Assembly: GCF_009914755.1 (NCBI RefSeq)
Contig: NC_060927.1
Length of the DNA stretch: 64,000 nt
From: the human T2T-CHM13v2.0 reference genome, Homo sapiens
Direction: 5' to 3' (one strand)
Of the stretch, positions 37,803 through 50,990 are shown in pieces. Both the position numbers and the translations under genes were made by a program. Under the pieces are notes generated by a model that was not told the DNA's origin, ran no database searches, and was given only the letters and a program-made list of their open reading frames with translations. Each line of letters opens with the position of its first letter. Within the stretch, counting starts at the first letter, position 1.

Positions 37803-39699
37803 CACCCTAATGACTCAGTATTGCTGAGGTAGGGCAGGGTTACCTGTATTGTCTCAAAGTCCCTCCAGATTCAGCCAGCCTAGTCTGAGCCCAGAGCTTA
37901 GAAACTGTTGGCGGGGCCCATAAAATGTAGCAATACATATGGGGAGAGAGAGAAGAAGAGAAATGATCAATTATCTATTGCTCAGAGTCTACAAGGCACA
38001 GATCCAAATCAGGCCCCAGAAAATGAATTCACTGAATGATCAATTCCCCCCAAACTGTGGAGCAAAGTATATACATGGGGTCTAGGATACACAGTGGCAA
38101 CTTTTCGTTGTAGTGCCCTTCTGCCCGCCGGCCTGTGGGGAGTAGGGGCAATAGAGGGAATGTCCTTTCCCTGCCATCTGCCCATCAGTCCTGCCCATAG
38201 TACCCCCTGGATGGAACCCTGCTCCATTCCCTTCTACCACTCCTCCCTACAGAAAGGCTTGGTCTTCCTGACCCTGTTCTCCAGCTCCCACTGAGCTCCA
38301 AACCACCAAGATCAACTGGAGAATGGAGAGTGCTGTAGCCACATAGCTTCTTCCTGTCTTCAGATTGAGGAAGGTGAGGAGCAGGGGAAGGGTTCACTTC
38401 TCTACTCCTCCTCTCTTCTTGTGAAAACATTAGCAATCACCTCCCCCTCTGCTGGGATCCACGGCTCCTGCATCACCCTGGAAGTATTGCAATTAATTGT
38501 GAGCTTTTAGGGGCCCAGACTGTGGCTCAGCCTTCTTTGTGGCCCCCAGCAGGCACACAAGGATTGCATGTTGAATACGTGAGTGGATACTTGCTGAACA
38601 CATGGGATGGAATTTAAGGTCTTATTCACAGCCCTCACTGAGCAGCCCTGCACTATACACTCTGTGGCACTCAGCTGGCGCCAGCCCTGGCTTCCCCTGA
38701 TCCTAGCTTGGGGAAGGGAGAGGACTTCTAGCTTGGGCAGCAAAAAGCCTTGCTGTTTTGCTAACAGAGAGGTCCTGGGGATATAAGACATATTCACAAA
38801 CTTTTCTTCAAAAAATATGTGGCAGCCTCAAAAAGAACACTAGAGCACAGTGACGTTGAGCATGTCTTCTACTGAGGGCAAGTGTTATTGCCTGGGATTT
38901 AATGGCTCTTACAGATAAATAACAAGAATGTAGGAAAAGTGAAAATGACTGCCATGTGGAGAAAGAAACAGGCACCAAGCCCCAAGGGAATGAAGGCGAG
39001 GAAAGCTTGTTTAAAAAGACAGACATCAAACCTAGTGGGGGAGGTGGGGGAGGGCAGACAGAAATCACAGTAACTCTGGGTTTTCTCAGAAAACTGATGT
39101 AGCAATTAAAACAAGTAGGAATGGGTTGAAATAACAGCCTTGACAGCTAGAACTAAAGTAGAAATCAGGTGGAGGATGGGGGAGAGGAAAAAGGAAAAGG
39201 ATCCATCTGAGACACAAAAGATAAAATAAAATGTGTTTGACCCCAAAGAAGAGCACGACAGATATTTTCCAATCAGTTGAGAAGATTCTGAATTTGACAA
39301 GATGAGAGACAAAGAGGGGGTGGTTTTTCAGGCTTTCCCCAGCCATCTCAAAGGGCTGGTGGGTGATCACCCAGGAGGATTCTGATCAGAGCCCGCTGTC
39401 CTTCGAGCAAGCAGGAGAGGTCTTCTGAGCGGATTCCCCGCTGTTCTCCTGGGTGTTCACAGCAAAATTTCCACCAGAGGCTACCCCTTCACAGAACATT
39501 CCTCCACTTCACGACCCACTGCTGGGAAACCACCTGTGTCTAAGTCAGTTCTTCTCTTTTGAAATCTAGAATCTTGCCATTCTTTGCCAATCCTCTGTTC
39601 ACTCTCCTCCATATTGGATCATAGGATGACAGAATGTAAGGCTTTGTTGGGGGAGGGAGCCTTAAAAATTCATCTTCAGTTAGACACACAAATCCCCTA

Positions 39700-39990
39700 G
39701 GGACTCTTGATAAGATGCAGATTCTAAGTCACAGGTCTGAAGTGGGACCTGAATGGCTGCATTTTCTCTCAAGCTCCCAAGTGATGCCCGTGCTGCTGTT
39801 CCCCAAACCATGCTTAGAGAGCAAGACCCCAGACCTAGCTGTCCAATAGAGTCGACCAGCCAAATTAAGTGAAATTGAAGATTCAGCACCTCAACCATAC
39901 CAGCTACACTTCAAGTGCCCAATAGCTACCACATTGGACAGAACAGAACATTTTCATCACCACAGAAAGCTCTACCAAGCAGCATGGACA
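39700..39990. mobile_element. MER5A followed by MER3 DNA transposon fragments
   Basis: CTGCATTTT...AAGCTCCCAAGTGATGCC; GCTGTCCAATAGA...TCAAGTGCCCAATAGCTACCACATTGGACAG. Confidence 0.7.
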
Positions 39991-40004
39991 GACCAATGGC
40001 CACT

Positions 40005-40370
40005 ACAGTGGTCAAATGCTGGTATCCCCTCTCCCACGTTTATATGTTGAATCCTGACTCCCAACGTAATGGCATTAAAAGGCGGGGCCTTTGGGAGGTG
40101 ATTAAGTCATGAGGGTGGAGCCTCCATGAATGGAATTAGTGCCTTTATGAAAAGAACCCTCAAGCACTCCCTTGCCCTCTTTTTACCATGTGAGGACACA
40201 ATGAGAAGTTGCCGGTCTGCAACCGGGAAGAGAGTCATCACCAGAACCAACCACACTGGTCCCCTGATCTCAGACTTACAACTCCCAGAACTGCGAGGAA
40301 TGCATTTCTGTTGTTTATTAGCCACCCAGTCTACAGCACTTTGTTATAGCAGCCCAAACAAACGAAGACA
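40005..40370 (+). mobile_element. MLT1A/MST-type MaLR LTR
   Basis: GGGGCCTTTGGGAGGTGATTAAGTCATGAGGGTGGAGCC...TTGTTATAGCAGCCCAAACAAACGAAGACA. Confidence 0.85.
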
Positions 40371-40815
40371 GCCCCTCAGGAAGACATCCTTCCTCTGTAT
40401 TGTTGGATAGGGATCCCCAAAGTTTCTGCCTGAGGGACCTGGGAGTTTTCACTTGCACAATATGTTACCACCTGGTTCAGCTTTCTGACCAGCTCATTTT
40501 CTGTCTTTGCTGCTCACAACAAGTCAGCCCCATTTTGAAGATGAAAAGGGGTCCAAGACATAACACATTATTTAATTTTAAGTAGCCACTAGCATAAAAT
40601 AAACATGTCTCACAGACAGCCTGGCAAAGGGGCTCATGTATGGTCTAAGGCAGTTGTATTCCCAGCCTCTTCATCCCTCTCCTATTTGATTCATGGCTCT
40701 AGGAAAACCAAGAAATAAGGAGCTCTTGTCTTGTGCACCTCTGTATCCTTTCACTGGAGAAAATATAAAAAACAATCCCTTACTTGCACATGACGTTTGG
40801 CAGTTTATAGGCAAA

Positions 40816-40978
40816 TAGAGATTAGCCTGCAGGGTGTTTGTTAGGGGGTGCTCTTGGGATCAAGTCCTGTGGAGGGCAGGAGATGGGAGGAGGATTGAAC
40901 AGAGGGAGAAGCTGGGCTGCAATGCATTCTCAATGGAGACCTCAGCCAACCCCACACGTAACTCTGGAACTGGGACGG
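40816..40978 (-). mobile_element. LTR33-like fragment, inverted copy of 41434-41596
   Basis: 163 bp, gapless, 26 mismatches against the reverse complement of 41434-41596. Confidence 0.8.
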
Positions 40979-41197
40979 ACTGTGGGGAAGGAAGGAAGAT
41001 GAGGGGCCTTCCCTCTTTCTAAAGGGTGCGGAGAAGATCACCAGTCTTGTTATATCAGAATAACAGCTCGTATGGTTCTTTTCTGGAACTCATGGAATTC
41101 ACATGTTGGAGGCATGAATCACAGTTCACAAATGTAGGTGGCAAGAAATGAAACTTTTTTCATCATTTTATGGTTCATCATAATTTTTATGATAAGT

Positions 41198-41630
41198 CCA
41201 GTGGTAGATACTGGAATGTGCTTCCAGATCTCCCTTTAAGAATAAAAAAAATTTTTCCTGGCTGCTGGGAGTGCTACTGGCAGTCAGCCCTCAGCTGTCA
41301 GACCCTTTGGGGATTGGCTTAGCCAAAGGGAGCCTCCTCACTTAAGGTCAGTTTCCCTTTCCCTGCGACTGCAACCAAGGCCTGATCAATGAAGGGGTGT
41401 TCTCTTCCTCCAATTCAGGACAACTCTGAAGGGCCGTCCCAGCTCCAGATCTACCTGAAGGGTTGGCTGAGCTCTCCATTGAGAATATATTGCAGTCCAG
41501 CTTCTTCCTCTGCTCAGTCTTGCTTCCGTTTCCTCCCCTCCACAAGAATTTATCCCAAGAGCACACCCCAGCAAACATCCTGCAGGCTAATCTCTATCTC
41601 AGAATCTGCTGCCCAAGGAACCCAACCTGC
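41198..41630 (+). mobile_element. LTR33-like ERVL LTR
   Basis: CCAGATCTCCCTTTAAGAAT...CAGCCCTCAGCTGTCAG...TCTCAGAATCTGCTGCCCAAGGAACCCAACCTG. Confidence 0.75.
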
Positions 41631-42099
41631 AAAAAGTTCCATTCTGCTCTCTTGGGCTCTGTCTAATTTCCCAGGCCCTTCATAAACCCAAGGTATCAAG
41701 GTGAGGGTGTGATGGTGGGAGGTGAGGGGAGTAATGATGTAGTTTCTCACTATCATCCATCTACAAGGGCATGACTGACATGCCCAACATCCCATCTGAC
41801 ATTCTCTGCCAGCCTTTTGAGACCAACTCTTTATGTGTGTCTTCCATGCTCCTGAACATATGGGAGTAATTCCTCTATTCCCACACCATGCTGGGACTCA
41901 GGGAACTCTGTTAGACAAAGCCCCATTTTTCTGTGCACGTCACACAGCCATCTCTTCTCAGAGTCTATTCTCCCAGGCACAACCCCAGAAGTGGTACCCA
42001 TCTGCTGTTATACCTTACAAGCCAATTTAGGGAGTCTGTTCTTCCTCCTCACCAGGGCTTGGTCTAGGGAAGGGGGCAGGGAAGAGAGCTTCTACCCTT

Positions 42100-42760
42100 T
42101 GTGGTAGATTATCATGGCTACAAATTCTTTTTATAAATACATTTTATTGTGCATACTTAAGGTATACAACATGATGTTATTAGATACATAGGTAGTATAA
42201 TGGTTACTATATTGGAACAAATTAACACGTTCATCATCTCACATAGTTACCCATTTTCCCCTGTGGCAAGAGCAGCTATTATCTACATTTTTTTTTTACA
42301 TTCCTCCTCTCAAGAGGTAAGATTTATGTCTCCTCCCCTTTAATGTGGGTGGGCTTTATGACGGCTTTGAACAGTAGAATACAGCAAAAGGAACACTGTG
42401 ACTGTGACCTTGTATCTATTGCCTGACCCAGGCCTTAAGAATCTAGCAGTTTCCTGACTCTTGAAACAATCTCTGTGGAAGCACTGAGCCACCATATAAG
42501 AAGCCCAACCACTCTGAATTCCCCTTTACTGGAGAAGCCATGTGTAGGGACACCAGTCATGAGTCCCCAGCTGAGCCTTCCAGCCACACTGCTATGTGAG
42601 AGAAGCCACCTTGGATGAGCCATCCTCTCCAGCTGAATACTGCTGAGTATCCCCAGTTAATGCCACATGGAACAGAAGAATCACCCAGCTGAGCCCTGCC
42701 TGAATTCCTAGCCCACAAAATTGTGAAACATAATAAAATGGTGGTTGTTTTCAGCGCTGC
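42100..42760 (+). mobile_element. MLT1 (G/H-like) LTR containing an antisense L1MA 3' end (~42128-42298)
   Basis: TGTGGTAGA...ATGGCTACAAATTCTT; TTAAGGTATACAACATGATGTT; CACCCAGCTGAGCCCTGCCTGAATTCC. Confidence 0.75.
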
Positions 42761-43359
42761 CACCCTTTCTCACGGACATCACTGGCTCCTTTCTTCCTTT
42801 CCATCTCTATTCATACCCCATTCAATGAATCTTTTCAGGTTGAGGGGCAAGGCTGGACAGAGCAGGAAAATGGAATCTTTACTTTTATTCATCCTGTAGT
42901 CTTTCAAATTACTCAGCTCTGAGTTCTTCCCACTCCCTGCCAAAGGTTTGGCTTTTGGAACTCAAAAGCCAGGAGTCTGTCTTACCTACTTTTTGTTGTG
43001 TCTTCCCTTCCTGAGGCAAGGAATGATGTAGGGTCTTGCTGGCCCACCTGGGTGTGGGAATCAGAGATCATGAAAGGAAATACAGAGGAAACATGAGATA
43101 ACATTTAACTATCATACTGCCACCCACAGAATTTTGCTAACTTTAGAGATCAGATCCAAGCCACTTATATTAGAGACAAACCAGGACATGGGAAAATTAG
43201 GTTATCAGCACAACATTCAGGGCTGGGAGGCAGGGCTTAAACTTTAGACTTAGGGATTCTGACTTTCAGCCCTCTGTTCATTTGGTAAGTCTTCCAGAAA
43301 TGCAAGCGTCCAGGCATACTTACTTGATGCTGAATTATTTTTCTTAAAAATAGAATTTA

Positions 43360-43915
43360 CCCTCATACACTGCCAGTGGAAGTATAAACTGGTACAATGA
43401 CTTTAGTCTGCCACTCCACAAGCAGGCAGATATCTAAGAGAAATGAGTGCATGTCCAAAAAATGTATAAAAATGTTCATAACAAACTTATTCACAATAGC
43501 CAAAAACTGTAAAAAACCCAAATGTCCATCAACAGGAGAATGGATAAACAGACTGTGGCATATTTATATTGTGGAATACAATACGGCAATAAAAAAGGCC
43601 AAACTACTGAGTATGCAAAAAGATAGGTGAGTCTCACAAGCATTTTGCTAGGCAAAAGAAAAAACACACAAAAGAACACATGTTGAATAATTCCACTTAG
43701 AGGGAGTTCAAGAATAGGCAAAAGTAATCTATGGGGATAGAAGTCAGAATGGTGGTTACCCCTGGACTAGGAGGATTGCCTGGAAAGGGGCATGAAGGAA
43801 CATTCTCACATGATAGAAATGTTCTGTGTCTTGGTGTATGCATATGTGAGAATTCATCAAGCTTAAGATTTGTAAATTTTACTGTATGTGACTTATACCT
43901 CAATTTTAAAAACAC
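43360..43915 (+). mobile_element. L1M 3' end
   Basis: AATGTCCATCAACAGGAGAATGGATAAAC...TATACCTCAAT. Confidence 0.85.
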
Positions 43916-43936
43916 AAACTAGTGTGTTCGTATATG

Positions 43937-43938
<2 letters not shown>

Positions 43939-43967
<29 letters not shown>
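43939..43967. repeat. (CA)n microsatellite with TA-rich flanks
   Basis: Direct reading. Confidence 0.9.
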
Positions 43968-46479
43968 CATATATACACGTATATATACATATTAAAGTTT
44001 CCAAGACGAACTCAAGAAATTATTCTTTTGCCTACTTTTCTTTTACTCTCTAATAAAATTTGTTTGTTTTAAGAAATGGGGTCTTGCTATGCTGCTCAGG
44101 CTGGACTCAAACTCCTGGGGTCCTGAGTAGCTGGGACCACAGGTGCACCCAGCACGACAAAGTTTTCTTTTTTGTTTTCCTCAAAATCAATCTCCTTTCC
44201 TTCTCTCTAAATTTTAATTTTATTAATATCTTTCTATAATTTGCAAAAATGAATTTTAAGCTGTTTGTATTTTCTAAATGGCAGACACACCAGGGATTGT
44301 ATATTTCTACTCTCAAAACAGCAGGGAATGAGCCTGTTCTGCCTAGACACACTGTACAACCCTCCTCTCTCTCAGATCTTGCTGCCTTCTCAGGATCCAA
44401 CAGTAGTGGGAAAGATTCTCTTTGCTCTCAGACCTCCATGCTGATTCAGACCTTCATGTAATCATACACCCTGTTCCATCTTCCTGAAAGAACCTGTCTT
44501 CCTCCTCCATTTGTCTAACTTCTATACATCCTCCAAAACCCAGCTGTCTTTCCTTTTACTCTTTATCTGCTTTTCATAGCCTCTGTGATGGCATTCTCCC
44601 ATTGAACTCTAACTGTTTTCACCTCTGTGAATTTCTCCAACTCATGTGAATTTCTCCAGACATGTCTGCATGGATTTCACATCCTCTTCCTAACACACCA
44701 CCCAGCAAAGAGTGGGGGCTCATTTCATTAGGAGAGGACCCCAAAATGAATGGATAAATCCTTAGATTCAGTTGCAACACTGCTGTTTTACAGGACTTTC
44801 ATAAATAAAAAAAAATCCAACATTGCAAAAATTAATCTGGAGATTGAGGAAATGAAAGGTTCATAAAAATAAAACTGCTGTGATTGCAACTCTGTAAATG
44901 GGAAGCCTCTCCTTTCTATGAAAACTAATTGCCCCCAGTGGGCTGATGGCAAATAATGAGTAATGAAGGATGCTAGAATTATTTATAAAGATTTGGCTCC
45001 TGTGGCTTTGATAAATTTATCATGAAATGCCCTTCAGAACCTCAGCCCCAGCAGGAGCTCATTGCTTCTGTGATCACAACTTGAGACACGTTCAAGGTTC
45101 TGCCTGGAGCTGGTTTTCAGAAACATCAAAGCTTGCATTTGTTTTACTGTTTTGGATAAGAAAAGTCATAAAATCTTTGAAAAAGTGGAGGACTGATTAT
45201 TTGGAAGAATATCATATCAGGGACTGCAAATCTTTGAAGCTTTTATGCTAAATCCCCACTTAGTTTTCCTCCCTTCAACTGCTCCGTATGCTGGAAAGGC
45301 ACGCGAAGACCTGCTTTTGTGAAATTAAGCCCAGGCTTCCAATCTAGGCTGAAATCAGATGGGTATTAGTGATTCTTGGGGATACACAGATAAAATCCCA
45401 GGTTAAATAAATTCAGTTCACCCAGGATTCATGATCCCAGAGACCTCTCCAAACTACCTGCCCTCCACCACGCCACTGCCTCCAGCCCCTGGGGCTTTCC
45501 TTAAATGTATAAAGTATTTTTAGTAAATAACTTGAAGGAGAAGGAAGTCAGTGAGGGCAATCACCATCTGAGAAGCTAGGACCCCCTCCAGGTAGCTCTG
45601 GATGGGCAAAGGTGTTAACCTGGAAATTAACATCTTCCCACAAATTCATGGAAAATGTTATCTTGCTAGCTTGTGAATCTATTCTACTCTGAAAAGTGGA
45701 CCTCAGCTCTGTGAATCATGAAGCTCCTAATATCCAGGCAGTAGGAAAAGAGGAAACCCTGAGCAGTTGCATGATTGTGATGCCTATTTAGTAGGTTGTT
45801 AAAACAGACCTCCTCAGGCCTCGGTTTCAGAGGATGCTTCACCATGATAACTCTTAGGCAGCCAAGTGGGTTTGACTCACAGCTTCTCCATACACAGACC
45901 TACTAAGGAAGTAGCAACCCTCAGCTGGATCCAGATGTAGAATTAGATTGGAGTGGGGAATGAGGTAGGACTTGAGAGAAAATCCTTTGGAGGAAGCTGT
46001 GCTGAAGCCTCAAGAGCTTGGATGGGGTGTACCTCCACTGCTTCCGGCCTGGAAAGAGTGGGCCTCAATGGGAACACGCAGAGAGCTTCTTCAGGCACCA
46101 TGGCCTAGAGTTTCACTCTTACCCGGGATATTAGGGGCATGTTTGTGTCTCTTGCGGACCAGATGTGGGCCACATTGAGTTCTGCTCACGGAGACAGCTA
46201 GGAGAGTAAGGGTCATAAAAAGTGGGCCAATAGAGCCATCCCAGGATTGTGGGGCACACTGACAGTACCATACTACTGCAGGTACTACACACTACTATGC
46301 AGGTCTGCACCTACTATCCTGCCTTCATCCACCTAACCCTGGTGGGGGTCTCCAGCAACAGCTTGCAAGTGGGGGAGAGGTGGGTATGGAAGAAGCAGAA
46401 GTCACCCCTCCTTCCTTGAGGAAGATGGCTGCCAACTATAGGCCTTAGCGTGGAGAGCAGTCTTACCTTCGAGTGATAG

Positions 46480-46888
46480 AGTAATCATGTCTTTTTAGTC
46501 TGTATTTTTGGTGCTTTGACTTCTTGGGGTCTTGCTGACCTTGAAGAGACTGTCCCTCTCAAGGATAGCCAATTCCCAGAGATAGTTAAAAAAAAAAAAA
46601 AAAAAAGGCCAAGTTGGGTGGCTCACACCTGACACCTGTAATCCCAGCACTTTAGGAAGCCGAGATGGGTGGATCACTTGAGGCCTGGCCAACATGGCAA
46701 AATCCCATTTCTACTAAAAATACAAAAATTAACCAGGTGTGGTGTTGCACACCTGTAATCCCAGCTACTCGGGAAGCTGAGGCACGAGAATAGCTTGAGC
46801 TTGGGAGGCAGAGGTTGCAGTGAGCCGAGATCTTGCCACTCACTCCAGACTCCAGCCTGGGCGACAGAGCAAGAGAAAGACTCCATCT

Positions 46889-46921
<33 letters not shown>

Positions 46922-47357
46922 TTCCACTCATCTTTGAGTGTGCCTTTCACATGCAAACCAACTCATCCATGGCCCATTTCCCTAGCCACCTCCTTTATTA
47001 GGCTTTTACACTGTGGGCCACTGATGACCTAAGGGCCAGGTACTAGGCAACTAGAGATAACCCCTATCCCCCAGAACCCCCTGAAATTACTCAATTCAGC
47101 CAACCCACCCTAAACCTACTTACCTGGCTTCATCCATTCCTTCCAGCATCAACTACAATAAAGCCTCTTGCCCACATTCCCCTCTGCTTGCTCTGCCTCC
47201 TGACTCACCTTGGTGCTTCCCTGTGTGGCCCTGAGTGACAGTGGAAATGCTCCCTCCTCTTGGGAACTGTGAGTAACAAACTATCTTTTCAGTGACAGTC
47301 ATGTGATCTGTTGGCTTCACCATACCTAAATAATAATAAACCTACCCTTTAAAACAA
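46480..47357 (+). mobile_element. MER74-like ERVL LTR, interrupted by an Alu
   Basis: TGCTTTGAC.TCTTGGGG.CTTGCTGACC...AGCCAATTCC.AGAGATAG...TGCCTTTCACATGCAAACCAAC. Confidence 0.75.
46607..46919 (+). mobile_element. Alu (AluS-like, with small internal duplications and a deletion)
   Basis: Alu motifs and long A tail. Confidence 0.92.
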
Positions 47358-47675
47358 GACCGAAGTGTTGATTAATACACTCAATTGGATGCATTCTCAT
47401 TACTAATCCAAAATGACCATATGACATAAGACTGCATGGGAAACAAATCATTCATGTTTCTGTTCAGGGGCTGGGGAAATTTTCTCACCTGAGAAAAACT
47501 TAAAGGGACCATCTGGGACCAAAAACATTCTGTACAATGGAATGTTATTCAGCAATACAAAGGAACAAAGCACTGATACATGCTACACAGATGAACCTTG
47601 AAAACATGCTAAGAGAAAGAAGCTAGTCATGAAAGTCTGTATGTATGTTTCCATTTATATAAAATGTCCAGAATA

Positions 47676-48026
47676 GGCCAGGAGAGGTGGCTCACTGTCA
47701 CCGTCACTTGCTTAAATACTGTGTTTCAAACCTCTGCCCACTCTATTCCCAGTGCTTTGGGAGGCCAAAGCGGGCAGATCACTTAAGCCCAGGAGTTCAA
47801 GACCAGCCTGGGCAACATGGCAAAACCTCATCACTACGAAAAAATGCAAAAATCAGCCAGGTGTGGGGGAAGACAGCTGTAGTCCCAGCTACTCAGGGGG
47901 CTGAGATGAAAGGATCGCTTGAGCTGAGGAAGCAGAGGTTGCAGTAAGCAGAGAAGGTGCCACTGTACTCCAGCCTGGATGACAGAGCAAAACCCTGTCT
48001 CAAAAAAAAAAAAAAAAAAAAAAAAA
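47676..48026 (+). mobile_element. AluJ-like with foreign ~50-bp insert near its 5' end
   Basis: Alu motifs flanking non-Alu sequence at ~47695-47745. Confidence 0.9.
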
Positions 48027-48318
<292 letters not shown>

Positions 48319-49549
48319 GTCCAGAGTAGGCAAATCTATAGAGACAGAAAGTAGATTAGTTTAGTGAGCACCTAGGGATTGGGGAACTTGCTGGGGTGAT
48401 GAGGAGTGACTGATAATGGTAAGGAGGTCAGTGGAGGATGAAGAAAATGTTCTAAAATTAATTGTCATGATGGTTGCACAACTCTATGACTATCCTAAAA
48501 ACCACTGAATTGTATGGTATATAAATTACATACTAATTTAATTGAGAGAGAGAGAAGCAAGGTACTTCCCAGTCTTTGAGCCATGCAAGCCTGTGTTGAA
48601 TACCAGCTTCGTCACTTACTGGTCCTGAGGTTTGGGGCATAGAACCTCTCTAAGGCTCTGTGTCCTTATCTATAAACTAGGGATCTACATACCTACTGTG
48701 CAGGGTTGTTGAATAAGATCATGTGTGCAAACTGCTTAATAAGTTTATTAGAGCATAGGAAAGACATTTGGCCTTAGATGCTAATAGTAATGCTAATAAT
48801 AGTGGATGTGTCTTACACACCCCAGAAGGCTTTCCATTCGCCCATTCATTCAATAAATACAAGGCCCACCCTGTGTCTGACACTGCTCAAAGTGCTGGGG
48901 ATACATCAGTGAACAAGTCAAAGTCTTGCTGGTATGAAACTGACACTCTAGCAGGGGGAGGAATAATTAACAAACAGGCAGATATGGCAAATACCAGATG
49001 GGGACAGAGAGCCACCTCCAGGCCTGCTCCTCAAAGCAGCTCACTTTCGTATTGTGCATATTTGGCTTTTAAATAAGGTTTTGTTTGAATCTACAATCCT
49101 CAAGGCTTAAACAATGCCTTTCAAAACCTCTGCCCACCCTATTCCCAAGAAATTGCATGCTCCACATTGGAACATACACGGTATCTCAGGCGTAACTGTT
49201 CTTTTCTAATTGATCCTAATGATGTAACTTCAAACAGGCCCCCCTCCCAAATCCTACGAAATTGAATTTTCTGTCACCTTCAGTGAAAATTATGCTTCCT
49301 AGCAAATGCAATTCCAACTAGTCATCGAGATTCGTGTCACTAATGGGGCCTCATGTCTTTCTGATTCAGTTTGAATCTTTTGAAAATGCCTTGATTAAAT
49401 TTGGATCTTCCAAAAATGTCAGTGACTTTGATTCAGAAAGTGTGAATTCTCAGCAAGTTTGCCAAGTGTAGGACGCTTCTCTTCATCACACATTCACTTT
49501 CTTCAGTGACTAAGGCCTATGTCTTACACAAATGGGTACATTTTTAGCC

Positions 49550-50060
49550 TGATGGCTGAGGAGGAACACTCGCCAGAATTAGCTGCCCGTGTCCCTCTGT
49601 CTCGCTGGTTCACTGTGCCGTGTAGGTAACGTCATGCCCAGGTCTCCTCAGTCTCCTGAACACGTCTGCAGAGACATGTTCTAAGCTTACTGGGCAGATG
49701 CTCCATTAGGAAGAGATGCAGGGACATTGCAGCAACATCTGCCAGAAGTTGTGCTTGGCTGGAAGAAAGCACTTCTCAATTTCCAACAGTCCCTGAAGCC
49801 TCCTCTCCCTTCTCATCTCAGTCCTGATCACACGGCAGATGGATGGGCTGGGATTCTCTGCTGTGATGCATTTGGCATTGGCTGACAGAGCAGACACAAT
49901 GGCAGTGCCCTCTGGGAAGCAACATAAAGAGCTGATTGTTGTATTTTCTGACAGATAATAGGGGAGAAAGATGTGAATAAACCAGGTGCACTTGTCCTTT
50001 AACAGACTGATAATGGTGACAGAAAACACCCTAGTGGCCATGGAAACAAAGAGTTGGGAC
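49550..50060. promoter_or_regulatory. Candidate enhancer island (E-boxes, GATA, X-box-like, p53-like palindrome)
   Basis: No recognisable repeat; clustered motifs listed in findings. Confidence 0.35.
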
Positions 50061-50554
50061 AGGAATAAGAATGGAACTGTGGGGAGATTTCAACAAGTCC
50101 CTCTGTGTGTTGCTGGAAGATACTTGGAAATGTTTGCTGCATTTCCTCATGCATCCCAGTTCTTCCTCAGCCCCAACAGCAAAGACTTCCAGCAGGGAAG
50201 GGTTGATACAGCAGGGATGGGAGAAGAAGGGAGTCAAAATCTTGGCTTGGCTTTTGAATTTGGAAAGTCAACTTTGAGTTGTAAGAACCCAAAGGAAATT
50301 TACAGGTAACCTAGAAACTTCCAAGGCCTGAGATATAGATCAGGGCTAGTTTTGCCTGCTTCAGAAGAGAGGAAGTTTCTCAGGGCAGAGGTGGGGAGAG
50401 AATGATAAGGGGCAGCAAGAGAGAAAGAAAATAGGAGCTTCCCTGAAAATGGCCCTGCTCCCCAACCCACCCACCTGTCACCAATAGGGGATGAAGAATA
50501 CAGCAGAGACCTCAGATGGGTGCAGAGTGGGGTGGGGGATCCTAGGGACCATGC

Positions 50555-50990
50555 CTAGAGCTGCCAGATAAAATGCAATGTTTGGGGCTGGGCAGGGTGG
50601 CTCACGCATGTATTCCCAGTAGTTTGGGAGGCTGAGGCAGATGGATCACTTGAGGTCAGGAGCTTGAGACCAGCCTGGCCAACATGGTGAAACGCCCCCT
50701 CTACTGAAAATACAAAAATTAGCTGGGCATTGTGGTGCATGCTTGTAATCCCAGCTACTTGGGAAGCTGAGGCAGGAGGATCGCTTGAACCTGGGAGGTG
50801 GAGGTTTCAGTTTGCCAAGATTTTGCCACTGCACTCCAGCCTGGGTGACAGAGCAAAACTCCGTCTCAAAAAAAAAAAAAAAAAAAGCAATATTTGGGAC
50901 ATACTTACAATAAAAAACTACTTATCGTTTACCTGAAATTCAAATTTAACCGGGTGATATGTATTTTTATTTGCTAAATCTGGCATCCCG
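50555..50990 (+). mobile_element. MER33 DNA transposon split by AluS (50586-50886)
   Basis: GCCAGATAAAAT...TTTACCTGAAATTCAAATTTAAC...TTTGCTAAATCTGGCA; TSD GCAAT(G/A)TTTGG. Confidence 0.8.

Noticed and set aside
40834-41578. Two similar ORFs on opposite strands suggesting paralogous small proteins
   Set aside because: The similarity comes from the inverted LTR33-like duplication, and neither ORF starts at an ATG.
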